Assembly: GCA_963809895.1 (NCBI GenBank)
Contig: CAWELD010000003.1
Location: 768,001 to 832,000, forward strand
Source: an uncultured Gemmatimonadales bacterium
GTDB taxonomy: Bacteria; Gemmatimonadota; Gemmatimonadetes; Longimicrobiales; Gaopeijiaceae
Reading direction: 5' to 3'
Length of the DNA stretch: 64,000 nt
Position 1 is the first letter of the stretch, and the number at the start of each line of letters is the position of its first letter. The position numbers and the translations under genes were made by a program. The notes below the pieces were generated by a model. It was not told the origin of the DNA, did no database searches, and was given only the letters and a program-made list of their open reading frames with translations. Below, one piece after another: positions 20,507 through 31,758 of this stretch.

Positions 20507-21280
20507 ATGCAGCTCGTGCTGGACGTAGGGAACACCGAGACCGTGGTGGGCGTCATGGCGGGTGGCACCGAGCCGGAAGCGCATTGGCGGCTGTCCACGC
20601 AGGTGCCGCGCACCGGTGACGAGTATGCCCATCTGCTCCGGGGACTCCTCCGCGAGGGGGGCTTCGAGCCCGGGGGCTTCCAGCGCGCCGTGGTGGGCTC
20701 GGTGGTGCCCGCCGCCACCGATGTGCTCCGCCAGGTGCTCGGGCGGCTGGTGGGTGGGCCCGTGGTGATCGTCGGACCGGATTCGCCGCTCCCCATCGAG
20801 TTGGACGTGGAGGAGCCTCGCACCGTGGGGGCGGACCGCATCGTCAACACGTTGGCTGCCCGGGAGCTGTTCGGCCGGGATACCATCGCCGTGGACCTCG
20901 GCACCGCCACGACCTTCGACTGCATCTCCGCCGAGGGGGTCTTCCTGGGGGGCGTGATCGCTCCGGGGGTGTCGGCGGGTCTCGAGTGGCTCGGCCGGCG
21001 CACCGCCAAGCTTCCCCGGGTGGAGTTCGCCGAGCCGGAACGGGTCATCGGGCGTCGCACGGAGGCGTGCATCCGGAGCGGGATCTTCTACTCCGTGGTG
21101 GACGGCGTGGACGGTGTGGTGCGGCGGATCCGGCGCGAGTGGGGACGGCCCGACGTGCTGGTCGTGGCCACCGGAGGCTACGCGGGCGTGGTGGGCCCGG
21201 CGGCCGAGACGGTGGAACGGGTCGAGCCCTTCCTGACGCTGTACGGCCTGGCCCTGGCCGGCGATCTGCTGAGCGGTTAG
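20507..21280 (+). CDS. coaX: type III pantothenate kinase
   Basis: DVGNT, SVVP, GADR, VDLGTATTFD, GGVIAPG, ATGG. Confidence 0.95.
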   Translation: MQLVLDVGNTETVVGVMAGGTEPEAHWRLSTQVPRTGDEYAHLLRGLLREGGFEPGGFQRAVVGSVVPAATDVLRQVLGRLVGGPVVIVGPDSPLPIELDVEEPRTVGADRIVNTLAARELFGRDTIAVDLGTATTFDCISAEGVFLGGVIAPGVSAGLEWLGRRTAKLPRVEFAEPERVIGRRTEACIRSGIFYSVVDGVDGVVRRIRREWGRPDVLVVATGGYAGVVGPAAETVERVEPFLTLYGLALAGDLLSG

Positions 21281-22290
21281 GAAGCGCTCGTCCGCCCTCG
21301 GTCCGTCGGCAGGGACCGCAGCCGGCGGCCGTACCAGGCGATCCAGCCGTTGCTCCAGCCCAGGAACCGCGACCAGGCGACGATGCGGCGCACGTCGTCG
21401 CGTCCGATCTTGGTCTCCTCCCGGAAGACGCGGGGGTTCGCGCGGCTGATGGCCAGCGTGCGCTCCGCGAACAGGTAGGGCAGCAGGCAGAAGAGACGGA
21501 TGTCGTGCCGGCGCCGGGGGATGACCGCCAGATAGCGGCGGGCGGCATCGAGATGGCGCTGGGCCTTGTCCACGAGGGCCGCGAGCACGGCGGCTTCGGC
21601 GCCCGGGTCGCGCGCGCCACCCTCGAGGATCTGGCGAGGCTCGGGCGCCTCGGCCGGCACGAAGCTCCTGGGGATGAAGATCCAGCCGCGCTCCCAGTCG
21701 GCGTGCAGCCCGCGGACCACGTTCACCGTCTGGAGGGCGAGGCCGAACTCCCGCCCCAACGCCATCATCTCGTCCTGGCGCCTGGCCACCGCGGGCACGT
21801 CGTGGGCGAAGAGGTCGGTCAGGAGCCACCCTACCCGTCCGGCCACCTCGTGCATGTAGTCGTCCAACGCCGCCTCGTCCGGGATGTCGGGCCCGCGCTG
21901 CGCCCAACGGGCCATTCCCCGGGTCGAGTCGGCCGTATGGCGCGCGATCACGTCCCGACCCGCCGGCCGGAGCCCACGCAGCGCCTCGAGCACCCGGTCA
22001 GCGTGGCGGGCCACCAGCGCGTCCGGGGTGTCGTCGGTCACGGCCCGAAGCGCCGGGGCCAGCCCGGTGATCGCTTCTTCGCCTTCCAGCACCCGGGCCC
22101 ATCGCTCCAGGAGGTCGATCTTGCGCTCGGCCGGCATGGACTCGTTGTCCTCGAGGTAGTCCGAGACGCGCAGCACCAGATAGGCGGTCTCGATCTCGGT
22201 CCGGAGGGGCTCGGACAGGAGGTCGATCCCGAGGGCGAAGGTGCGGCTCGCCGCGTGCAGGAGCTCGTTGAGAGACGGTGTCGTGGCCAT
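21277..22290 (-). CDS. squalene/phytoene synthase family protein
   Basis: Start reassigned to MATTPSLNE; SRTFALGI, YLVLRVSDYLED, YMHEVAGRVG, FGLALQTVN, FCLLP. Confidence 0.85.
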   Translation of the reverse strand: MATTPSLNELLHAASRTFALGIDLLSEPLRTEIETAYLVLRVSDYLEDNESMPAERKIDLLERWARVLEGEEAITGLAPALRAVTDDTPDALVARHADRVLEALRGLRPAGRDVIARHTADSTRGMARWAQRGPDIPDEAALDDYMHEVAGRVGWLLTDLFAHDVPAVARRQDEMMALGREFGLALQTVNVVRGLHADWERGWIFIPRSFVPAEAPEPRQILEGGARDPGAEAAVLAALVDKAQRHLDAARRYLAVIPRRRHDIRLFCLLPYLFAERTLAISRANPRVFREETKIGRDDVRRIVAWSRFLGWSNGWIAWYGRRLRSLPTDRGRTSAS

Positions 22291-22337
22291 GACCGCATAA
22301 GGTAAGAGGCAGCCGCGGGGCAGGGGACCCCGGGGCG

Positions 22338-22365
22338 TTGACACACACCCGCATTGCCTTATCAT
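22338..22365 (+). promoter_or_regulatory. sigma70 promoter of groESL
   Basis: TTGACA-N16-TATCAT immediately upstream of CIRCE. Confidence 0.7.
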
Positions 22366-22377
22366 TCTCCTGTGTTG

Positions 22378-22404
22378 TTAGCACTCGAAGGCCGTGAGTG
22401 CTAA
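22378..22404 (+). promoter_or_regulatory. CIRCE element (HrcA operator)
   Basis: Perfect TTAGCACTC-N9-GAGTGCTAA upstream of groES. Confidence 0.97.
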
Positions 22405-22472
22405 CCGGACGAATCGAAGTGACATCCCTTCCAGAATCCCAATCCAACCACATTCACGAGGAGGCAGGTGCC

Positions 22473-22778
22473 ATGGCTACTTCTGCCGCCACCAAGATCC
22501 AGCCCCTGGCGGATCGAGTCGTCGTCAAGGCGCTCGACGAGGCCGAGCAGATGCGCGGTGGGCTGTACATTCCCGACACCGCCAAGGAGAAGCCCCAGCA
22601 GGGTGAGATCGTGGCCGTCGGCCCGGGCAAGATGTCCGACGAGGGCAACCGCATCGCCCCGGAAGTTCAGGTGGGCAACAAGGTGCTGTACGGGAAGTAC
22701 AGCGGGACCGAGGTGACCGTCGACGGTGAGGAGTTCCTCATCCTCCGCGAGTCCGACGTCCTGGCGGTGATCAAGTAA
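22473..22778 (+). CDS. groES: co-chaperonin GroES
   Basis: [42 protein letters not shown] before ATG 22473. Confidence 0.98.
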   Translation: MATSAATKIQPLADRVVVKALDEAEQMRGGLYIPDTAKEKPQQGEIVAVGPGKMSDEGNRIAPEVQVGNKVLYGKYSGTEVTVDGEEFLILRESDVLAVIK

Positions 22779-22845
22779 CCGCCTCCAAGGACCGACGCGT
22801 ACCGCCAAGACCGAAGATCAGCGTAGATCAGAAAGGAGAAAGACG

Positions 22846-24486
22846 ATGGCTGCCAAGGAGCTCGATTTCGATATCGAGGCCCGCACGCGGCTCAAGGCCG
22901 GTGTGGACAAGCTGGCGAGGGCCGTGAAGGTGACGCTCGGGCCCAAGGGCCGGAACGTCGTGCTGGACCGGAAGTTCGGATCCCCCACCGTGACCAAGGA
23001 CGGCGTGTCCGTGGCCAAGGAGGTGGAGCTCGAGGATCCCGTGGAGAACATGGGTGCACAGATGGTCAAGGAGGTCGCCACCAAGACCTCCGACCTGGCC
23101 GGTGACGGGACCACCACCGCCACCGTGCTGGCCCAGGCGATCTTCGCCGAGGGTCTGAAGAACGTCACCGCCGGCGCGAATCCCATGGGGATCAAGCGGG
23201 GCATCGACAAGGCCGTCGAGCAGGTGGTCGAGGAGCTCAAGAAGATCTCCCAGGACACCAAGGGCAAGAAGGAAATCGCCCAGGTCGGGGCCATCTCCGC
23301 CAACAACGATCCGGAGATCGGCGAGCTCATCGCCGACGCCATGGAGAAGGTGGGCAAGGACGGCGTCATCACGGTCGAGGAGGCCCGCGGCCTGGAGACC
23401 ACCCTCGAGACCGTCGAGGGCATGCAGTTCGACCGCGGATATCTGTCGCCGTACTTCGTGACGGACCCGGAGCGCATGGAGGCCGTGCTCGAGGATCCCA
23501 TGATCCTCATCCACGACAAGAAGATCTCCTCCATGAAGGACCTGCTGCCGATCCTCGAGAAGGTCGCGCAGATGGGCAAGCCGCTCCTGATCATCGCCGA
23601 GGACGTGGAGGGCGAGGCCCTGGCCACGCTGGTGGTGAACAAGCTGCGCGGCACGCTCAAGGTGTGCGCCGTGAAGGCCCCGGGCTTCGGCGACCGCCGC
23701 AAGGCCATGCTCCAGGACATCGCCATCCTCACCGGCGGACAGGTCATCTCGGAAGAGGTGGGCTTCAAGCTCGAGAACGCCGTGGTGAGCGATCTGGGCT
23801 CGGCGAAGCGCGTCGTCATCGACAAGGACAACACCACCCTCGTCGACGGCGCCGGTGAGGCCGACAAGATCAAGGGCCGCATCGAAGAGATCCGGGTCTC
23901 CATCGACAAGAGCACCTCGGACTACGACCGGGAGAAGCTCCAGGAGCGCCTGGCCAAGCTTTCCGGTGGCGTGGCCGTCATCAACGTCGGCGCCGCGACC
24001 GAGACCGAGATGAAGGAGAAGAAGGCTCGCGTCGAGGACGCGCTCCACGCGACGCGCGCGGCCGTGGAAGAGGGTATCGTGCCCGGTGGCGGCGTGGCGC
24101 TGCTGCGGGCGCAGGCCGCGCTCGGCGCCTTCAAGCTCGACCGCGCCGACGAGCAGGTGGGCGTCGACATCCTGCGCCGTGCGCTGGAGGCGCCCATCCG
24201 TCAGATCTCCACGAACGCCGGAGCCGAGGGTTCCATCGTGGTGGAGAAGGTGCGTGAGTCGAAGGACGCGAACTTCGGCTACAACGCCCTCACGGATGAG
24301 TACGAGGATCTGGTCGAGGCCGGCGTCATCGATCCCACCAAGGTCGTGCGCACCGCGCTCCAGAACGCCTCGTCCATCGCCGGACTGCTCCTCACCACCG
24401 AGGCGGTGGTGGTGGAGAGGCCGGAAGAGGAGAAGGGTGGCGGCGCCCCCGGCGGCATGCCGGGCGGCATGGGCGGCATGTACTGA
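22846..24486 (+). CDS. groEL: chaperonin GroEL
   Basis: [21 protein letters not shown] tail. Confidence 0.99.
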   Translation: MAAKELDFDIEARTRLKAGVDKLARAVKVTLGPKGRNVVLDRKFGSPTVTKDGVSVAKEVELEDPVENMGAQMVKEVATKTSDLAGDGTTTATVLAQAIFAEGLKNVTAGANPMGIKRGIDKAVEQVVEELKKISQDTKGKKEIAQVGAISANNDPEIGELIADAMEKVGKDGVITVEEARGLETTLETVEGMQFDRGYLSPYFVTDPERMEAVLEDPMILIHDKKISSMKDLLPILEKVAQMGKPLLIIAEDVEGEALATLVVNKLRGTLKVCAVKAPGFGDRRKAMLQDIAILTGGQVISEEVGFKLENAVVSDLGSAKRVVIDKDNTTLVDGAGEADKIKGRIEEIRVSIDKSTSDYDREKLQERLAKLSGGVAVINVGAATETEMKEKKARVEDALHATRAAVEEGIVPGGGVALLRAQAALGAFKLDRADEQVGVDILRRALEAPIRQISTNAGAEGSIVVEKVRESKDANFGYNALTDEYEDLVEAGVIDPTKVVRTALQNASSIAGLLLTTEAVVVERPEEEKGGGAPGGMPGGMGGMY

Positions 24487-24507
24487 GCCCAGCCACCGAG
24501 AGGTGAA

Positions 24508-24543
24508 GGGAAGGGGTCCGGCCGGGCGGCCGGGCCCCTTTCT
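24508..24543. terminator. intrinsic terminator hairpin between convergent groEL and peptidase
   Basis: AAGGGGTCCGGCC-loop-GGCCGGGCCCCTTT. Confidence 0.65.
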
Positions 24544-24575
24544 CGTTGGCGCACAGGGGGTGCTGGAGAGCCTGC

Positions 24576-26423
24576 CTACCGCCCCTCGAAGGCGTCGCCC
24601 GCGAGCCCGCCCACCACCGGGAGCACCACACGCGTGCCGTCGAGGTCGACGGTGATGCGGGTGCCTGGATCGGGGCGCAGCGTGAAGTCGCGGTCGCTGG
24701 AGAAGATCATGAGCGCGAGGCGCTTGCCCGCCGGTACCACCTGGTCGTCGGGCTGGAGCTCGAAGGTGACGTCGTAGAACCGCCCCGGCACCAGCGGCTC
24801 GCCGTGCTCCAACGACGCGTGGTTCTGCGGATCCGCCCATCCCCGTGTGATGAGGCTCTCGTAGGGATCAGGCGCCCGCGGACTGCCCTCGGTCCAGGGG
24901 AGTATCACCAGCCAGACCGTGAGGTTGGCCGCGGGCCGGTCCGCGGCGAGGCGCACGGTGACGCGAGGCGTGCCGCTGATGCGCACCGGGGACTCCAGGA
25001 CCGGCGTGGCGTACAGCAGGCGGTGCTCGGTCCACTCGGCCCCGGCCAGCGCCGCTCCGGAGAAGGAGAAGTTGTCCACCAGCGTCTCCTGTCCCTGGCC
25101 CTGCGCCGCTTCCAACGCCAGGCCCCCGGTCCGCACGCCTCCGGACGTGGGATGCAGGGTCACCTCCACGGCGTCCGCCGCGGGATAGTCCGCGTACGGC
25201 GTGGGCTGCTCGCGATCGCCGCCGTCGGGCACGATCCAGGCGTGGGGGCCGTTCTCGATACCGTTGTCCACGCCGTAGAGCCAGCGCGTGAACCAGCGGT
25301 TCATGAGCTCCAGGGGCGGCGGGCCGCCGTGCCCTCCCCGGTGCAGATAGAGCGCGGCGGGCACGCCCCGCTCCCGTAGCGCCTCGTAGACCCGGATGCT
25401 GTGCTCCGGCATCACGTTCCAGTCGTTGAGGCCGTGGGCCAGGAAGGTGGCGGCCCGGATGCCGTCCAGCCGCTGCATGAAGTCGCGGCCCTTCCAGAAG
25501 GCGTTGTAGTCGCCGGTCTGGCGGTCCTCGCCGGGGACCAGCTCGCCGTCGCGGATCACGCGGTCACAGTAGGCCCGGCGCTCGGGGCTTCCGCTGTCGA
25601 TGAACGAGTACAGCACGTCGGTGTCCTCGCCCAGATAGCCGCCGGGGCTCCGCACCAGGCCGTTGGAGCGGTAGTACCGATAGTACGAGGTGTTGGGCGA
25701 CACCGGGATGATGGCCTCCAGGCCCTCGACGCCGGTGGTGGCCGCGGCCACCGGGATGGTGCCGTTGTAGGAGGTGCCCGTCATACCCACCTTGCCGGTG
25801 CTCCAGTCCGCCACCACCGGCTCTCCACCCACGGGTGCGGTGAAGCCGCGTGCACGCCCGTTGAGCCAGTCGATCACCGCCTTGGGGGCCAGCGCCTCGG
25901 GATCGCCGCCGATGGTGGGGCAGCCCTGCGAGGCGCCCGTCCCCGGGGCCTCCGAGTGGACCACCGCGAAGCCCCGGGGCACCCAGGTTCCCACGAATTC
26001 GTTGGAGATCCAGTGACGGTCGCCCCGGTAACGGATCGCCGGCATGGGCGTGCGCTCCGGCGGGGGATCCCCCAGCTCCTGCCGCACGTTCCAGAAGTAC
26101 TCGGGGGCCGTGGAGCCGGTCCCGGAGAAGTACGGGCTCGACTCGTAGATGATGGGTACCTTCAGCCCCCCGCTCGCGGTCTGCGCCGGCCGGGTCACGT
26201 CCACGTGCACGCGGTCGGGGTTGCCGTCCCCGTCGGTATCGAACGAGGTCTCCACCCAGAGCTCCTGCCGGATCCACGTACTGGAGTCAGCGAAGGCGGG
26301 CACGACCTGCGCCTGTCCGTCCTGAAACACCGGCCCGACGGTCTGGGCCTTCAGACCGGGGGTGGTGCCGAGCACGAGGGCGGCGGCCAACCCGGCCGCC
26401 CGGGACAGGAAGCGATCACTCAT
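24576..26423 (-). CDS. secreted Xaa-Pro dipeptidyl-peptidase (PepX, CocE/NonD family)
   Basis: Signal peptide MSDRFLSRAAGLAAALVLG...LKA-Q; D.DGDG.PD, SPY, VIDWLNGR, catalytic GTSYNG, HGLNDWNV, ITRGWAD. Confidence 0.88.
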   Translation of the reverse strand: MSDRFLSRAAGLAAALVLGTTPGLKAQTVGPVFQDGQAQVVPAFADSSTWIRQELWVETSFDTDGDGNPDRVHVDVTRPAQTASGGLKVPIIYESSPYFSGTGSTAPEYFWNVRQELGDPPPERTPMPAIRYRGDRHWISNEFVGTWVPRGFAVVHSEAPGTGASQGCPTIGGDPEALAPKAVIDWLNGRARGFTAPVGGEPVVADWSTGKVGMTGTSYNGTIPVAAATTGVEGLEAIIPVSPNTSYYRYYRSNGLVRSPGGYLGEDTDVLYSFIDSGSPERRAYCDRVIRDGELVPGEDRQTGDYNAFWKGRDFMQRLDGIRAATFLAHGLNDWNVMPEHSIRVYEALRERGVPAALYLHRGGHGGPPPLELMNRWFTRWLYGVDNGIENGPHAWIVPDGGDREQPTPYADYPAADAVEVTLHPTSGGVRTGGLALEAAQGQGQETLVDNFSFSGAALAGAEWTEHRLLYATPVLESPVRISGTPRVTVRLAADRPAANLTVWLVILPWTEGSPRAPDPYESLITRGWADPQNHASLEHGEPLVPGRFYDVTFELQPDDQVVPAGKRLALMIFSSDRDFTLRPDPGTRITVDLDGTRVVLPVVGGLAGDAFEGR

Positions 26424-26584
26424 GGTCCACATGGATGGATTCCTCGCGATTGAATCGGGCTGAGGGTCCGGGAGAGATACCGGGCCGTGCTCGCCATCGT
26501 CAAGCCGACGCCGCCCACCGGTTGGGTACGGCCGCGCATCGTGTATCTTCCACGGGTGGCTCACTTCCACCCGGCGGAGACGAC

Positions 26585-27613
26585 ATGCGACGACCGACGC
26601 TCCTGCTTCGATCCTCCCTGGTGCTCGCCCTCCTGCTCGTGCTACCGGCCGCGGCCGCCCCGCAGCAAGCGGACGCGGGTGCGACGGTGCGCGCGGTGCT
26701 CTTCTATTCGCCCCTGTGCCCGCACTGCCACGATGTGATGACCAACGACATCCCGCCCCTGCTGGCGCGGTACGGAGATCGTCTCGAGATCGTGGAGGTG
26801 GACGTCACCCGAGTGGACGGCGCCGAGGCGTATCGCGCGGCCATGCAGGTCCTGCGGATCCCCGCCGACCGGGAAGGCGTGCCGACCCTGGTCATCGGCG
26901 ACACCTATCTGGTCGGCGCGGACGAGATTCCGGCCCGGTTGCCGGGCCTGATCGAGGCGGGGCTGGCCGGTGGAGGCGTGCCGCTCCCGGACATCCCCGG
27001 CATCGCAGAGGCGGCCCGTCCGTTCGCGGTGCCGCTGGGGGGCGTCGGAGACATCCCGACGGGGGACGCCGTGCTGGGCTATGCGACGCTGATCCTGGTG
27101 CTCGGCGGGCTGGTCTACGGGATCCGCACGCTGCTGCGGTCCGGCGCCCCGCGAGGCACGCCGTCAGTGGCGATTCCGGTGCTGGCGTTGGTGGGATTGG
27201 TCATCGCGGGCTACCTGAGCTGGGTGAAGCTGGGCGACACGGCGGCGGTCTGCGGGCCCTTCGGCGATTGCGGCCGCGTCCAGTCCAGCCCGTACTCGGA
27301 GGTCCTGGGGGTGCCGGTGGCGTTCCTGGGCGTGCTGCACTATCTGGCCGTGGGCTTCCTGGCCACGGCGTTGCGCAAGGACGGACGGCCTCCGCGCTGG
27401 TACCGGGAAGCCCTCGTCGGTCTGGCGCTGCTCGGGGCGTTCTTCTCGTTCTACCTCACCGGTCTCGAGCTCTTCACCATCTTCGCCGTGTGCACCTGGT
27501 GCCTGGGTTCGGCCCTGGTGGCCACGGCCATCCTGGTGCTGGTGGCGCGGCCCGGCGAAGCCACGGAGCCGCGCACACGGGCGGAGCGGCGCAGGGCGGC
27601 GCGTAAGGGATAG
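26585..27613 (+). CDS. thioredoxin-like domain fused to vitamin K epoxide reductase (VKOR) family domain
   Basis: Signal peptide; FYSPLCPHC...GVPT thioredoxin fold; VKOR motifs VCGPFGDCGRVQSSPYS, GVPVA.LG, VCTWC. Confidence 0.88.
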   Translation: MRRPTLLLRSSLVLALLLVLPAAAAPQQADAGATVRAVLFYSPLCPHCHDVMTNDIPPLLARYGDRLEIVEVDVTRVDGAEAYRAAMQVLRIPADREGVPTLVIGDTYLVGADEIPARLPGLIEAGLAGGGVPLPDIPGIAEAARPFAVPLGGVGDIPTGDAVLGYATLILVLGGLVYGIRTLLRSGAPRGTPSVAIPVLALVGLVIAGYLSWVKLGDTAAVCGPFGDCGRVQSSPYSEVLGVPVAFLGVLHYLAVGFLATALRKDGRPPRWYREALVGLALLGAFFSFYLTGLELFTIFAVCTWCLGSALVATAILVLVARPGEATEPRTRAERRRAARKG

Positions 27614-27751
27614 ACGCCGCAGGTGGCGCGGGCGGGTCTCGTGGCGCGCGGGCCCGTGGTAGCCTTTATCCAGAATCGGGGCGTGGGTAACTTCCTCGAC
27701 GGACCGGTCCACAGGTAGGTGGGGCGGCATCCCTCGAGGGAAGGACAGACC

Positions 27752-29694
<1,943 letters not shown>

Positions 29695-29961
29695 CGAGGC
29701 CGCCTCCGGCGGGGCGATGGGCGGCGGGAGGCTGGCAGGGCCCGGCCCGGTGGGCCGGCTCGGCCGCGCGGGCCCGGCGGCGCGATCGGGGGTGTGGGGA
29801 AGCACATGGCGAGTGCGAACCGTCCACAGGTGGGATCTGGTGAGACGCTTGGACGATTCGGCCCGGTGGGGGAGCCCAGTCGGGGAAGGCGCGAAGACGG
29901 GTCCGTCGCGAGAGCCCGTTCGACGCACCTGGTGAGCTCAAAGGGGCCAAACGCCCCCTTC

Positions 29962-30105
29962 GGCCCGCCCGAGGGGCTCCTTCGCACCCCGCCGTTGCGC
30001 GGGGGGCGCCCGATCGCACCATGCCGTCACGCGGGGTGCGCCTGATCGCACTATCCACTCACGCGCCGGGCGCCCGATCGCACGGTGCAGTCACGCGGGG
30101 GGCGC
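29962..30105. repeat. about 4.5 tandem copies of a 32-bp imperfect unit
   Basis: Units start at 29962, 29994, 30026, 30058 and 30090; consensus GTCACGCGGGGGGCGCCCGATCGCAC-N6. Confidence 0.8.
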
Positions 30106-30189
30106 TCGCCCGACCCGACCCGCCATCACCACGCCCCATCGCGCCCCATCGACAGGAGGCTTCCCGCCTTGCGGCGGGCGCCGAGACGG

Positions 30190-30218
30190 TTGACGACGGC
30201 GCCTGTGCGCGCCATCTT
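30190..30218 (+). promoter_or_regulatory. sigma70-type promoter for infC-rpmI-rplT
   Basis: TTGACG-N17-CATCTT. Confidence 0.5.
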
Positions 30219-30259
30219 TTCCGATCCCGGCGCCTGCGCGCCCGGAGGTCGACAGAAAA

Positions 30260-30412
30260 CGTGAAGTGAGCCGCCCGGCGTGCGGCTCCACCCCACGGCC
30301 CGCCCCGAGCGGCGCCACCGGGTCCTGAACGCCACCGGAGACGCTCTCTTCTACGAAGGCGACTCCGGTGCCGCCATCGGGCCCGGATCGACTCCGGGCC
30401 CGTCGTCGTTTC
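30260..30412 (+). promoter_or_regulatory. structured 5' leader of infC, probable L20-leader
   Basis: AAG-t-GAGCCGC...GCGGCTC-CACC stem, CACCGGAG/CTCCGGTG stem and a GGGCCCGGA/TCCGGGCCC terminator-like hairpin upstream of infC-rpmI-rplT. Confidence 0.45.
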
Positions 30413-30448
30413 CGGGGTTCGAGACCATCCCCTGCGGAGGTAGGAGTC

Positions 30449-30967
30449 ATCAGCGAGAAAAGGGTCCGGGTGAACGACCAGATCCGGATCAGCCCCATTC
30501 GTCTCATCGACGACGAGGGCGGCCAGGTCGGAATCGTTTCGCTGGAAGACGCTCGCGAGCGGGCTGCTGAGACCGGCCTCGATCTGGTGGAGGTGGCTCC
30601 AGACGCTCGCCCGCCCGTGGTCAAGCTCATGGACTACGGAAAGTTCAAGTACGAGGCGGCCCGAGCGGCGCGGGAGGCCAGGAAGAAACAGCACACGATC
30701 CAGGTCAAGGAAGTGAAGTTCCGGCCGGGGATCGAGGACCACGACTACGAGTTCAAGCTCAGGCACGCCAAGCGGTTCCTGGAAGAAGGCAACAAGGTCA
30801 AGCTGACCATGATGTTCCGGGGCCGGCAGGTGACGCATCCGGAGCTGGGTCTGGAGGTCTTGCAGCGGGCGACCGCGGATCTCGTGGATCTGGCAAAGGT
30901 CGAGAGCAACGCCAGCTTCGAGGGGCGCACGATGTCCATGGTGCTGGTGCCTTTGAAGTCCAGGTGA
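30449..30967 (+). CDS. infC: translation initiation factor IF-3 (probable ATC start)
   Basis: [50 protein letters not shown] 7 nt before an in-frame ATC. Confidence 0.95.
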   Translation: MSEKRVRVNDQIRISPIRLIDDEGGQVGIVSLEDARERAAETGLDLVEVAPDARPPVVKLMDYGKFKYEAARAAREARKKQHTIQVKEVKFRPGIEDHDYEFKLRHAKRFLEEGNKVKLTMMFRGRQVTHPELGLEVLQRATADLVDLAKVESNASFEGRTMSMVLVPLKSR

Positions 30968-30998
30968 GCGGCGAGGCCGGTCACACGGGAGATACGAC

Positions 30999-31199
30999 AT
31001 GCCGAAGATGAAGACGAACCGGGGTGCGGCGAAGCGCTTCAAGCGCACGGCCAAAGGGAAGCTGAAGCGCTTCAAGGCCAATCACAGCCACATCCTCACC
31101 AAGAAGTCCAAGAAGCGTAAGCGGCGCCTGCGGTCCGCCGAGCTCGTGGACAAGGCGGACAAGAAGCGCATGGACCGCCTCATGCCTTACGGACAGTAA
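30999..31199 (+). CDS. rpmI: 50S ribosomal protein L35
   Basis: [15 protein letters not shown]...[12 protein letters not shown]. Confidence 0.98.
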   Translation: MPKMKTNRGAAKRFKRTAKGKLKRFKANHSHILTKKSKKRKRRLRSAELVDKADKKRMDRLMPYGQ

Positions 31200-31211
31200 A
31201 GGAGGGGACCC

Positions 31212-31577
31212 ATGCCTCGTTCAACGGCATCCGGCGCCCGCAACAAGCGCAAGAAGAAGATCTTCAAGGCCGCCAAGGGCTACTTCGGCGGTCGCAAGAA
31301 CCTGTACCGTGTCGCCAAGGACGCGGTGGAGAAGGGATGGGAGCACGCCTATCGGGACCGCAAGAAGAAGAAGCGGAACTTCCGGCGTCTCTGGATCACG
31401 CGCATCAACGCGGCCGCGCGCGAGCACGATCTGTCGTATTCCCGATTTATCAACGGCCTGGGCCTGGCCGGCGTCGAGTTGGACCGGAAGGCCCTGGCCG
31501 ATCTGGCCGTGCGGAGCCCCGAGGCCTTCGCCGCGCTGGTGGATCGGGCCAAGGAGAGCCTGGCCAAGGCCTCCTGA
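31212..31577 (+). CDS. rplT: 50S ribosomal protein L20
   Basis: [38 protein letters not shown]. Confidence 0.98.
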   Translation: MPRSTASGARNKRKKKIFKAAKGYFGGRKNLYRVAKDAVEKGWEHAYRDRKKKKRNFRRLWITRINAAAREHDLSYSRFINGLGLAGVELDRKALADLAVRSPEAFAALVDRAKESLAKAS

Positions 31578-31600
31578 GCCGCCCGCATTCCGGCGGTAGC

Positions 31601-31642
31601 GCGAAGGGCCCCGCGGGCGACCACCCCGCGGGGCCCTTTCGC
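31601..31642 (+). terminator. intrinsic terminator after rplT
   Basis: GAAGGGCCCCGCGGG-loop-CCCGCGGGGCCCTTTC. Confidence 0.7.
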
Positions 31643-31758
31643 ATGTGCGCCAGGGAACCCCGAAGCACCCCGCGGTGCCGCACCCTACCCGATTCCTCCC
31701 GGGCGCGTGTAGCTTTTGGCCCTCGGGGACCTGTCAATGTGAGGGATGAAGGACTCAG

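Noticed and set aside
29962..30105. CRISPR array
   Set aside because: The variable part is only about 6 nt, the repeats are degenerate and there are no cas genes.
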